The position numbers and the translations under genes were made by a program. The notes under the pieces are model-generated. The model saw nothing but the letters and a program-made list of their open reading frames with translations. It did not search any database and was not told the origin of the DNA. 64,000 nucleotides of DNA from Azolla caroliniana (Eukaryota > Plantae > Polypodiophyta): NCBI GenBank assembly GCA_043228905.1, contig JBHGNT010000015.1, positions 2,418,001-2,482,000 of the forward strand, given 5' to 3'. Numbering within the stretch: the stretch's first letter is position 1; every line of letters begins with the position of its first letter. Shown here piece after piece: positions 22,375 to 38,603 of the stretch.

Positions 22375-22392
22375 TCCCCGGCAGCGGCGCCA
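22375..22392 (-). promoter_or_regulatory. Primer binding site, tRNA-Asp type
   Basis: Minus strand TGGCGCCGCTGCCGGGGA, 6 nt inside the 5' LTR. It is near-complementary to the plant tRNA-Asp 3' end and typical of Athila-type elements. Confidence 0.85.
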
Positions 22393-25300
22393 AATAGATG
22401 TTAAGAATCTATGTATCGATGGAGTAAGCTCCTCGATATCGTGGCGGGATTCGGACCGACGTATACCCTCTTGATGGCGAATCGAGCAAAGATGGTTGTC
22501 GAATACCTCCGAGCCTCACACTCACTCAACGATTAGCAAATGATCGAGCACAAAGAAGGCCATCGCACCTTTTACCGAGACGGGCGAGTGATCATAAATG
22601 ATCGCGCTACTAATTGGCGGCGTGTGGCCCATGTGACAGAAAGTGCACTTAGGATGACCCTATGGAATTGTAATGGCGCACTCTGGGCACACCCCGGCCA
22701 CCTAGAGGAGATACTAAAGGTATCTGATATACTTTTCTTGGTAGAAACACATCAGAGCCCAAATAGAGGACTCCCATAGGTCGAAGGATTCCGTTGGGAG
22801 TCCGCTTTTAGACAAACCTCACGTCGACACACTACTAGGGGATCTGGAGGTGTCGCGATACTGTTTCGTAGAGAGCTACATAATAGGATAGAAATAATGA
22901 AGATAGACCCAGAAGCTCGTTTTATGTGGGTGAAAGTCTCCACAAGCAAAGACCAGGCAGTATTTTTCGCCATTTGTTACTTTCCCCCAAAAGGATCCCG
23001 TTATAATATTGGTGGCTTGGCGAGATTAGTCGATGAAGGAATACCACATGGGCCTTCTCCATACGAACCCCTATCGGATGACATAATCCGATATTCTTCC
23101 CAAGGAGAAGTATTTCTTGTAGGAGACTTCAATGCGAGAACCCAATCCCGACAATGCACAGTATTTCAGATGAATAGAAACCTAGAAATGGTAAATGTTG
23201 ATCCTTTAGACATAGGCACCACACGTAGATCAAAGGATCAAGGTGCGGATGCCACGAGCTTTGGCCATCATCTGCTCGAACTTGGCAGTCGGCACCGGAT
23301 GGTCATATATAATGGTTTAGCTAAGTGGCCGGGCTCGGAAGAGCTCACATGTTTCCCACATGGAGGAGGGGAAAGCACAATAACTGTTGACTATCTAATA
23401 GGGCGCCCTGAAGCTACCCACATGATTAACTCCTTCCGAGTGGCCCCATGCCCTATTGGCACAGACCATAGTTTCTTATACTTCGAGCTAAAATGTGATA
23501 TCTCTAACCATGCCATCACACCACAATACATTTCACACATGAGCTCTCTGACATATACTCTCAACATGTTCAGGCCCATCCCCCCTCCCTTGATCCCTCC
23601 CTACCGTTAGAAAGCCTTAGTACAAAACTCACACACATCCTTCACTCCGCAACAGCTAGCAGTTTCCCATATACAAAACACTCAAATCAAGGTAGATCAG
23701 GATCAATGCCACAAAATAAATGGTATGACGAGGATTGTAGGGACTTACATAGACAACTTACAGTATCACAACTCAATGGTAGTATTACCTCCATACAAGC
23801 TCGCAAAGAAATGTGCAAGATGACACGTCGTAAGAGACGAGCGTGGGAGGCATCCCAATATTGGGAACTCTACCATATGCTCATGAGTAGCGATTGCGCC
23901 ATGGCATGGAAGAGACTACGGGAGCCAAGACCACAAACACCCATCGAAGATCCCGAAACTTGGCACACATATATAGAGAGACTTTACCATTATATATGCG
24001 AGAGAGTCCCTAGCTCCCTTGCTAACTCTAATCTTCAATCGTGCCCTTGCGGAGGGTTTTCCACCATAGTGGACTATGAATACAGTGGCCCCCATACATA
24101 AAGGGGGGGACCCCATGGACCCAAATACATATAGGACCATTATGATAGGCCATACCCTTGCTAAGTTATATGGTGTAGTAATGGAAGCAGAGCTTAGCGA
24201 CTATATGGAGACCCTAAAACTTCGTGCACCTGAACAAGCTGGCTTTAGACGAGCCTTCTCCACTATTGATCATATCTTCACACTTAGATGCCTAATTGAC
24301 CAAACTAAGGCTCGTAAGAAGAAATTATATTGTTGTTTTGTGGACTTCCGCAAAGCCTTTGACACAGTCCCTAGAGAACGGTTGTTTGATAGACTTAAAA
24401 GCTTGAGGATACCAGATGATATGGTATGGGCCATCTACGCACTATATGAACAAGTGTCCGGGTGTGTCTGATGCCTAGGTGGCCTATCTAATCGTTTCAC
24501 TAGCACTATTGGTGTAAAACAAGGTTGCCCCCTATCACCGACACTTTTTGGGATCTACATTGATGAGATCACAGATTTTATTGCTCGTGAGGGAGGCACC
24601 GGAGTGGTCCTTGGGGATACGCAAGTTCGTATCTTGCTCTATGCGGATGACATAGTTTTGCTCTTTGAATCCGAACACGACCTACAAAGGCACCTTAATG
24701 CCTTAGATGACTTTTGTGTACAACGAGGATTGGTAGTGAATCTAGGGAAAACGAAAGTCCTTATCTTCCACACATCGGCCCAAGTTAGAGCTAAGTGTCA
24801 CCTAACTATCTCCCATAGCCCAGTCGAGGTGGTTGGATCATACGTCTATCTCGGAGTCACTTTTAGTGCCCGCTCAGGTAAATTTTCGATGACACAGGCA
24901 GCGAAGGATAGACTCACGAGAGGACATGCATCCCTCTCACTCCTAAAGAGACAATGCCACCAAGCACACTTTCAAGAGCCACGGATTAAAGGGTGGCTCT
25001 TTGACTCATTAGTGACCCCCTCCCTCATGTATGCATCAGCAGTTTGGGCTCCAGGATTACCATCTTTCATGTGGACGCAATTAGAGAGACCATTGGTGAT
25101 GATGCTATCACGCCAACTCCGAAGCAAATCGACTGTACCACATGACATTATTAGGGCTGAGTTCATGTTACCCCCAATGTTAGTAGAGGCACTTTTTCAA
25201 CTTGTAGTCTTCATTCACAGGATACATAGCCAACCACATGATAGAATATCTCATCAAGCCTTTAAGGCCTCTCGATCATTGTATGAGTCCGGCTATACTA

Positions 25301-25742
25301 GCTCATGGTATGGCATGATGGTGAGTTGGCTTCTTGCGAATGGTCTAGACATTAATAACCTACCTCCCCTTAGGTACAACCACACGAGTGATAACACTTT
25401 AATCTCTCATGAGGACCGCAATAAAGTAATACGCCAAGAAATATGGCAAATTTACACTCGGTGTAAATGGATCACCCCACTAGAGCCACTCCCATCTAAA
25501 ATGTTGTACTATAAGAAACACTTCATGCACTTCTCTGAGTTAGGTTTTATCACACGGCCAAAATATCTAGATGTATTCTTACCACATGCACTAAGGGTTG
25601 CCATTGGACAACTTAGAATATCATCTCACCAACTTGAGATTGAGAATGGCCGTACTAGTGGAGTCCCTAGGGAGGAAAGGATATGTAGGTTATGTCACAT
25701 AGAGATAGAGGATGAGTACCACTTTACATGCAAGTGTCCAAC

Positions 25743-26565
25743 TGTTAGGAAATGGACGCTTTCAAAACCTTCACCTCTCGGCCACAACCGAGGATACACG
25801 AATCAATGCAGAAGTAAATCAAAACACAGAGAGAGACTCGAATGCACAGGGTTTAGCGTGGAAAACCCTAGACGGGAAAAACCACGGGAGTGCAAGACTC
25901 CAACTATCAATATACACAGGGAATGTACAATGGCGAGCTGCAAGGCGACGACCTTGAGCTCGCTGTCCTCACCACAGGCGGCGGTATTACACAGAGGCGT
26001 CGACCTCTTCCTTTCTCTCTCTCTCACTCTCTCTCTCGGCTGCTCTCACTTCGCTCCCTCTAAGTGGAAAACAGAAAATGAGCAACAACAAAAACTGTTT
26101 GCCCTAAGTCATATTTATACACATATGACTTTCGGGCTATTTACAAATATAGCCTCGAGGGCCTTTGGCAAACATATTCACAAATATGTCCCCGCATTCG
26201 GATCTCTCTCCGGGTACATTCGTCATCCGGCTCCGTAGCCGGGGTCTTCATCATCCGGATCCGAAACCGGGTCTTCGTCATCCGGCTCCGTAGCCGGGGT
26301 CTTCATCATCCGGATCCGAAACCGGGTCTTCGTCATCCATCTCCGTAGCCGGGGTCTTCATCATCCGGATCCGAAACCGGGTCTTCGTCATCCGGCTCCG
26401 TAGCCGGGGTCTTCATCATCCGGATCCGAAACCGGGTCTTCGTCATCCGTCTCCGTAGCCGGGGTCTTCATCATCCGGATCCGAATCCGGGTCTTCTCAT
26501 TCGGGTCTTCATTCCCGATTCCCGGACATCTGACCATCCCATCCGGAGGGACCGTAATCCCAACA
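25743..26565 (-). mobile_element. Solo LTR (probably Copia-type) inserted in the LINE zinc-finger region
   Basis: TGTTAGGA...TCCCAACA termini and a GTGGAAAACCC..GGAAAAACCACGG motif. Removing it restores KCPTYAEIRAKYQD. Confidence 0.8.
26221..26495. repeat. 5 x 55-bp GC-rich tandem repeat inside the solo LTR
   Basis: CGTCATCCGGCTCCGTAGCCGGGGTCTTCATCATCCGGATCCGAAACCGGGTCTT at 26221, 26276, 26331, 26386 and 26441. Confidence 0.95.
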
Positions 26566-27213
26566 AACCTATGCCGAGATAAGGGCAAAATACCAAGACA
26601 TACTTGGTTCGTCTCCCACCCTCCCCAAACTATTAGATACTCTAGATATAAAGAAATTAGGCAAATACATTCTAGAGCTAAAACAACACAGAGAGAATAA
26701 GTTACAAAATGTTGACAATAATGTTGCTAATGATCACGAACATGTAACAAATGAAGTTTTTCAGGAACAGGAGGAGACAACGAATGCCGACACACTTGCA
26801 CCACTCGGCCTTTCCATTGATAAGGCAGAAAACCAGAGAAGAACCAGACGTCCTCGGGTGCCGGGTTTCAAAGCAACTCGATGTGATGTGGAAGCAATAT
26901 TGAAAATAAGGGAACGTGAGCTACACCGCCTAGAAGCCATGGCTAGGGCACTCTCTACATTGGAACCACGGGTCACACCCACATCAAGACCCTTTGACCC
27001 CCCACTTCTTTTCGAGAGGCTTGGGTGGAAATAAAATTAGGCTTAATGTATAGTCGTTTTCGAGTATACTACGTATTGTACACTACTAGAACTCTTTTAG
27101 TTTAAGTTCTATTTTTTACTTAATTTTATTTTAGTTATGATGACTGGATAAATACCCTTTTGTTGTAAACCAATTGTCTCATGGGCCAAATTTGGCCTTA
27201 GAAGACGTTAATA

Positions 27214-27250
<37 letters not shown>

Positions 27251-27654
27251 CACTCTCTCAAGCTCTCTCTCATAGACAATATATTAATAGATATAGACAA
27301 TAAGAAAGAAGAGTATGTCTATTATTAACCCTCTTTGTTAAGAGGTCTAGCACCAACAAGGAGAGAGATTAGTGTTCTCTAACTAAACACTTCACTAATC
27401 TCTCTTAAGCTCAAAGGTTACAAGAAGGAGGAGAGGAAGCTCTAGCTCTAATCAATAGGAGATCTTTACAAATGGGAGAACCCCCACAAAGCCACTACTA
27501 TGTGGTTTATATAGCTTTCAAGTTTAGGGTATGGGCCTTTCACACTTGACCGTCTCTTTGCTTTCCTTTCCTCTTGTCGTTTCCTCTTCGTACTATGTCC
27601 TTGTTGATGCGTTCTTATTCATGATTGGTTGTGTTGTTATTCCAACGCTTAACA

Positions 27655-28420
27655 GGAGAAGATTGGGGGTTATATCCACCACCTCCCTCCAAGTTATGTT
27701 GTTGGAAACGAGTGTTTTTAAACCATGGAGATGTTGACAGTGTGGATAGTATATAGATATATTACAATAGTCTAGAAAATGCCAAATCATAGATTTCCAC
27801 GTCTTGCTAAGACTATTGGATGTAAACTACCAAAAGAACCACAAAGAACAAAATGATCTCATCTATTTGGGTAATCAAAATCAAAAAATGGTTCAAAAGA
27901 TGAGGTGTGGAAGATCTATTAGAGCTTTCAAGCAATGGTATGCAATATATATTTATTGAGGAAAGCTTAGTGGAACCACTATGGAATAAACGAGAGATGC
28001 AAAAAGGACAAAATAGAATATTGCATGGCAAACATCAACCTTGAATGTTGGGTTCAATATAAGGCAAAAATGCTTGTTGATTTCATTCAACCTTGTCTCA
28101 TTACTAAAATGAGTATAACTCATGTACACTCCTTTTCACTCAATCACACAACCTAAGTATTGAAGTTGCATTATGGTGTCACAATATGTCAAGCATAAAG
28201 GGCATGCAAGGTATGCAAGGAAAGGCTAGTAGAGGGTGAATATCCCTTGCTTTTTACATGCTCAACATATACTGTAATTCGTGAAAGCTATGATGACATA
28301 CTACGAGGGGGTGATGACTTGAGCATCACACTAAATAGAACACCTAGAAGATTGAGCTCATATGTGTATGCCATATTCATGCATTAAGACTTTGCGCTTC
28401 AAAGTATGAATATCCCTTCT
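27655..28420 (+). mobile_element. Old LINE fragment (right part)
   Basis: Continues the 8735-8921 frame; degenerate C-terminal ..VEGEY....CSTYTVIRESYDDIL. Confidence 0.6.
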
Positions 28421-28437
28421 TAGGAATGAGAAGCATA

Positions 28438-28530
28438 TCTTTTTTTTTTAGTAACACTTTTATTACTAGTGGGAAACCTCAAAGTGAGGTGAAACCCGAC
28501 AACGAATAAAGAAAAATATACAAATGTCAA
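28438..28530 (-). mobile_element. Short retroposed insert with poly(A) tail and 18-bp TSD
   Basis: TSD TTAGGAATGAGAAGCATA (28420) / TTAGGAATGAGAAACACA (28531); AATAAA then an A-tract on the - strand. Confidence 0.65.
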
Positions 28531-31192
28531 TTAGGAATGAGAAACACATACAATAGAGATTGTGTACTCAAGTCCCGTGTGTCAATATTGGATTCTCTAT
28601 GAATACTAAAAAATATCTATCTCTCTCTTTGTTTAGTTGCTCAAGGCTTAGGCTTTATGTGCTAGTAGCAAAGTACAACATGAAACCGTGGTTACGAGGA
28701 TTGTGAATGGCCATAAAAATTAGTGCTCACATTATCCACAATGATTTTACCACATTCTGGTCGAGGGCTCCTATAAATCAATGGGTTTGATGTTGTTTCA
28801 CATACATTGTTTATAGTTGTCGTTAGAATAACTTGTTGGGAAAATGACTTTGCGTTTACATTGGTTGAAATACTACTACTCAAGTGCATAACACATTACG
28901 GTGTATCGGTAAAGCATATTTTCTAACTTTTTGGATTGTGGGCTTGTCTAAAGCAATGTTTTTTTATATCACGATGCACGTTTCGTATAATCGGAAGTAG
29001 GATACACTAATGAGGTTGCTCCGAAAACTAGCTTTCATAATAATGACTAAAATGATAATATCACACTTAAAAAGCTAGTGCTAAAATATATTAGAACCAA
29101 CCAACGTCATCCAATCGATAAATTCATTTCATTATTGAGTATCTATATGCACGTTTCTTTCTTCATCCAAGGACAAATTTTATGCACTCGCATCCATTAA
29201 GCCATAGATTTTGGATGACAACTCATAATCATCTTAAACAAATGGGAGATGATCGAGTAGTCGCCAAAGGGAATGATAGTGGGGAATTACTTGCATGCAC
29301 TTATTGTTGATACCCTAGACTTAATACATTTATATATTCGATTGTTGGTTTGTGTGTGCACATTCGCAAGAGAGAAAGATTGAAGTGAAAGCAGGAACAA
29401 CTTTTGAGAAATCGGAGCTTCAACTTGTTTTGACAAGAAATATTATATCCCTTGTGACTAGAAGGATATTAGTTCTTCAAACAATATTGTATGCACATCT
29501 TTCACAAACATAACTCTTTATTATGAAAAATAATCTATGAGCTTCGTAACTTTTTGGTTTGATTTTGTCATGTATCATTAAATTCTCTACCACCCGCATC
29601 CTTAACAAGACCAATCTTTTCCTATGAATGAAGGATTAAAAAAACAAAACCTTTATGAAAGGTCAGGCATTGAGAGAGAGAGGGACCTCGTGACATGACG
29701 TGCCAAAGTCTTGGGCTGATATGAAAGTTATTATTTTTGGCATCCTCATTCTACGTTGGTTGTGAGTACATTTGTAAGGTTGTGATTCAAACTTTATTAC
29801 CATGAGCACATATTGTGTGGGTAGCTCAAGTAACAAGTCCACGTTACATGTCTTAAACCGTTTGCTTTGTAGGTTGTGTGCCCAAACAGGAGGGGTTATT
29901 ATGGGAATGATATTTCCATTTGTCGAGAGCCAAGAAATATGATCAATGGGGCCTAGATCTTACAACCCCTTCAGAAAGAGTTGATTGTTAGGCTAGTTGA
30001 TAAGGGTCCTTTTCGTTGTTCTATTGTTTAGATACATAAATTACTTTAGAACTTGCTTCAAACATTCCCAGGTCTCATTCCTATTGACAGACCCTACAAT
30101 ACAATGCGTGGGAAGATGTGATATAGTCATGAAAACATCACCACATATCATGTGAGACACGTAAGCAGAGAAAAAAAAAAACCCAACCATGTTGAGAATG
30201 TAGTTTGTTGTTGCTTTTGCTTTCCTCTCTTTTGCACTGTCCGAAAAGGCACTCTAATGCGATGCGAACGATTTGAAAGCATAGTCTTGGATCCTTCAAT
30301 GTAAAGTGTGTGCACGACGTGTTTTGCTTGCAGAGGATGAGAAACTAACTAACTAAGTCGTGTGATAATGTCTTCATTGTGTAAACAATGAAACTAGAAC
30401 ATATAATTAGACTCGAGGCTTACTGGTCTTCTTCTTTTTTTACCTGTTCTTTTTACGTCCACGAACTAGGTTATTTTTTCGTTCTTCGTTATTTTAGTCG
30501 TGCCAATTGCGATATTCATAGTTTAGTGTCCGGATGGGGAGACGAGGCGACCAGACAGACGAACAGAACTCATCGTGTGCTCTGCACGTAAATAAAACGT
30601 CTTGCTTTCTTAATAAACTTTATATAAGAGTCTCCGTCTCTCTCCATCCATCTATCTAAATCTAAATCTAAACCTAAACCTAAATCTAATTGATTAATTA
30701 CTTGATTGGATTTGATTAATTAATTGGCTAATTACTCAATTAAGGAATAAATAAATAAATAATCCCAAATTAAACAAGCATTTGAAGGAAAAGAGAATGA
30801 GATCAAGTTAAGAGGAAAAAGAGTCTTTGATTAATTGATTAATTAAGGAATCAGAAATCTAAAATAAAACAAGAATCAAAAGAAAATAGAATGAGAATCA
30901 TAAATCTCTCCCCCCCCTAAAAAAAAAAAAAACAGAAAAACCAAAATTTGGATTTTGAATGTTTGTTTTTTAGGAGAAATTACAGAAATAGGCTTCTGAT
31001 CAATGTGGCCTCCTTGGAAGCTGAAGAAGAAAGAAAGCTCTGCAGGCTATGGCATCTCTTCATCTTCATCTTCTTCTTCTTCTTCAATTTGACACCACTA
31101 CCCACCTTCTGCACCAGAGATTAGCCCATCCCTGTCTTATCCCCACCCAGATTTTGTAAAGACACACTCACGCGCGCACGCATTGTTTGGCC

Positions 31193-35042
<3,850 letters not shown>

Positions 35043-38000
35043 AATCCTGAATACAAGCAAGCTGCAAAGGCTGAATTTTCTGGATCACTGCTTCATATGG
35101 ATGCATTTCTGAAAGATACACTATTATCTATTGCAAATCTCCGAGAAATTATACAAAAATGGAGTAGCCGTCAAAAGGTCATAGCAGTATGTTGCATTTT
35201 TACAGTGGAGAATTGAGACCTCACAAGAGTCAAAAAGAGTGGCAACATTGCAAACATCAAGTTGCAATGCTTATCATATGCCCTTGGCACTACATTGTTA
35301 AGAAGCGTAATATTCATCAACAGGATGAATTCTATTTCATTGTAATGGCCCCATTTCTCTCTAGTATCACAACCTTGGTTGAAGATCTCAGCCAATAAAG
35401 TCTTGTCAACAAGGTTTTTTTATTCAAATGTTTTGCATGGCCTCGGAAATGGACTTAATTTTTTGATCCATCTCCAAGACTGGTGAATCACTTGTCCATA
35501 GCCATATCACAAATGTGGAGCAAATTTACATATTAAATTATGATCATCCTGCTGAAAACATTACCGTTGTTTGGTTGTGTTTGATTTTAATAATGTTGTA
35601 TGGGAGTTTAGGCTATATTGCAAATGTGTCATATATTTGTGGGTGAGAAAAATGTCTCCTTTGTAGAGCACAAATGAAGCACTATGTTGATTACCCCTCT
35701 ATAATTATCTTCTTACTCAACGGATAATGATGTCATTGATGAAACCGTCAAAAGAGATGAGGCACTTAATACGATAGTCGATATGAATTAATTCTTGGGA
35801 GTAATCATTGACAACAGTTGATCGCCTTGCTTGTGTATAATATGTAAATTGGCACTATTTATTATAGCTACTTTGGGGATCATATTATTGATTATGCATT
35901 CAAATGTAAATTACATTCTATTTGTGGTTCCGTACATTGACACTTGAGGGTATTAAGTTTGTGGATATCTTGCGATGGGGAGCAAACACATTCTTCTTCC
36001 TCGTCCCTTTGTAACCTAAGGTCTTGCATGAGAGTTTATTACTAACCATCTCCCTAGTATGAAAATTGTGTAATGCAACCTTTGAGTTTTATCCACGAAT
36101 ACAAGAATCTGGACAACAAAAGCTTTTGAATTTGAAAATTACAATAGCATTTTAGTTGCTTTCATACAAAACTATTTCATCTAATGAAGTAATGTTGAAG
36201 GGTGTCAAATTGGTGGATTTACTATATAATCAACAATAAAGACCACGGAAGATTTCGGGCTATATATGTGTTAATCCATGTCTTAGCTCGTAGAAAAATG
36301 ATCACTAGATATGTACTTCAAAAAACAATGTAAATAAATGCAAGTAACAGTAGGTGAAACATTCATGTAGGTAAGTTATGGTCTTTAACCAGGGGTATCA
36401 CTTGTGTGCACCTTCTCTTTCTCCTAATTGTTTCCTAATTATATTGTTAATCACAATTAACTAGTTAATTAAATGCATGATTCTCATCATAAAAACATGG
36501 CCACATGATCCTAATTATCAAAATTGTCAATGCCCTAATATGTTTTAATGGAAGATTGATGCAAACAAGTTTTGTAGAAAGGAAGGTCCTTGCTAGAGTC
36601 AAAGCATAGTGGACTTTTTGATATTCAAACTTCAAAACTATAAACCTTAACATATGAATTTTGAGTTGGTACTTGGTACACAAACATCATCCTATAGCTC
36701 AAGATTTTCGCTGGCTGATAATTCGATGCAAAAATATTTACTATTGGTAACCTTGTTGAAGAGAAATGTCCCATCTATTCTAGAAAGATGGCATAAGCCA
36801 TTGAATTGAGAAACCGTGTGGAAAGAGAGCCTTTTCATATAAAATAAAAGAGGGGTATTTAAAATTTTGAGAAACTGGAGATGAGGATGAAGAAGCAAAC
36901 GGTGTGAAAAAAGACAGGACAGGTAAAGCACTGCTCTGCACCAATTTAATAATGTCATTAGAGGAGAGGAAAGTAAGAGAGAGGAACAGAAAAGTCTGAG
37001 GGGAAGTCAAAGAAGAATAAAGTAAGAGAGACAAAAGACAAAAAAAAACAAGTAGAGAGAAAGGAGTGGAAATTTGATTTGATAGTCCTTGTAACAAGAA
37101 AACTCTTCGGCCACTTTGTTCCGCCCCTAAAGGAGTTGCATTTATGTCAACTAGTTAGAAATGGCACATTCGACTGATACATTGCCATTATATCCTCAAT
37201 ATTAAGTAAACTTAGTTCTTTTTGTGTTATTTTCACATATATTCTACTTTAAAGAGGATGACAAAGAAGAAGAAAAGAGAGGAGAGCAATATGGGTACCA
37301 TCACAATCGTGTGTATTTCTTCGTATCTGATTCATATATAAAATGAAGAAATTTTGCTCTTAAGGATTGTATAAAGGCAGTTTTACCTTTTGTACTCATC
37401 GAAAAGCAATTTACCTTTTGGAGATGGAAGAAACCTATCAACTTTCTTGAGGTTTGATCTTTGTTAACAGAGATAGATTGTAAGGCTGAAATAACTTTAT
37501 GGGGAGTAGTACAAGCAAGATGTGAATAGGCAATCAAGTGGATGATAACTCTATTGCCCACTATCATATATTCTAGGAGTGTTTTGCCTTGTGCCACTGC
37601 GTGGTGGCTAATGGTGGCTATTTTGTTAGTCTTATAATTACATACACTTTTCCCATCACTTCCTTTAGAATATATCTGGCTGAGCTTTCCTTTCCTTAAG
37701 TGTAGCCACAAAATCTAGTCAAACTTTCACCAAGTAAAATCAACCATCCATGACATCCATCAAATTGCCTTTGGGTGAAACTATTCTTATGCTTCATCCC
37801 CAGTCACATGTCAAAAACACCATTATGCTTACTGTCAAGGCCCATGCAATGTGCAATTTAAGTTTACAACACATGGAAAAGTTATCCATGGATTTTACAT
37901 CAGAATACTTCCAATCCCCATGTATGCTAAATGAATCTGTACCCTTGTTTGGGAGCATTCTAAGCTGCACAGCACATCTTTGTACCATCCATGGTTAATG

Positions 38001-38603
38001 TCATTTATTTATGCTCTTTTGGCCAAAATGAACACGTTCAAGTTCTAGCCATAATATCTGATCCAGCTTCTTAGCCAGAATGGCTGATGTGGCACAAAGA
38101 TTGTAGCAAAAATAGCTGATATGTCATACCTTTAGCCAAAACAAGGGATTTTGTAGTTAATAACTCCTCAACAGCCGGGAATGACCATATGGAAGGCCAT
38201 TCTATGATGTATCATGCTTCGCAAGATGCAACTAGGGCATGTTTACGCTAGGAAATGTGCATATTTATAGAAGATTTTGAAAGGTGGGAAACACCAACAT
38301 TATATTACAAGACTGATACAGCAAAAATTACATTCCTATTTAGTTGGCCTCTTCTGTGGTTTTAAGGTTTTCTGGCACCACATTCCTATCAAGGCCATCA
38401 CTGCGGTATTAAGGAATGAACACATTTTTGTGTTGTTTTCCAAGTGAGGCTGGGGTGCAAGGCAAAAAGGTTAGGGCAAAATTTTGAGGTATCTGTTTTT
38501 CAAAGAAGCCTTTACTTGACCCACTCTGTATGCAGAGTAACAGTCCACCCACTATGAGAACCTCCTGGTATTTGACATATACCCCTGTTTTTTCTGTATT
38601 GAC

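Larger units (their letters stand above)
22546..27250 (+). mobile_element. 5'-truncated LINE (APE-RT-CCHC, RTEX-like) with a (CTTT)n tail
   Basis: APE motifs LWNCNG, LVETH, GDFNAR, VDYL and TDH. RT motifs EQAGFR, FVDFRKAFD, GVKQGCPLSP, LLYADD and YVYLG. C-terminal RISSHQLEIENGR..CRLC..EDEYHF..CP. Microsatellite tail. Clade assignment is inferred. Confidence 0.9.
8922..27654 (-). mobile_element. Full-length Ty3/Gypsy LTR retrotransposon, non-chromovirus (Athila/Tat-type), degenerate, with nested insertions
   Basis: TG...CA LTRs, 5-bp TSD GGAGA (8917-8921 and 27655-27659), PBS, PPT, and gag-PR-RT-RH-IN order on the - strand. Confidence 0.95.
22399..27654 (-). repeat. 5' LTR of the Gypsy element, split by the LINE (22399-~22545 and ~27250-27654)
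   Basis: Both halves align in order with the 8922-9492 LTR. Confidence 0.93.

Noticed and set aside
24604-26238. 544-aa ORF as a host gene
   Set aside because: It is LINE RT reading through into an inserted solo LTR.
21756-26495. Regular repeats (18, 41 and 55 bp) as CRISPR-like arrays
   Set aside because: They are head-to-tail tandem repeats without unique spacers, in a eukaryotic retroelement context with no cas genes.
36692-37097. Hydrophobic minus-strand ORFs between the two genes
   Set aside because: Non-ATG starts, pyrimidine-rich low complexity and no family motif.
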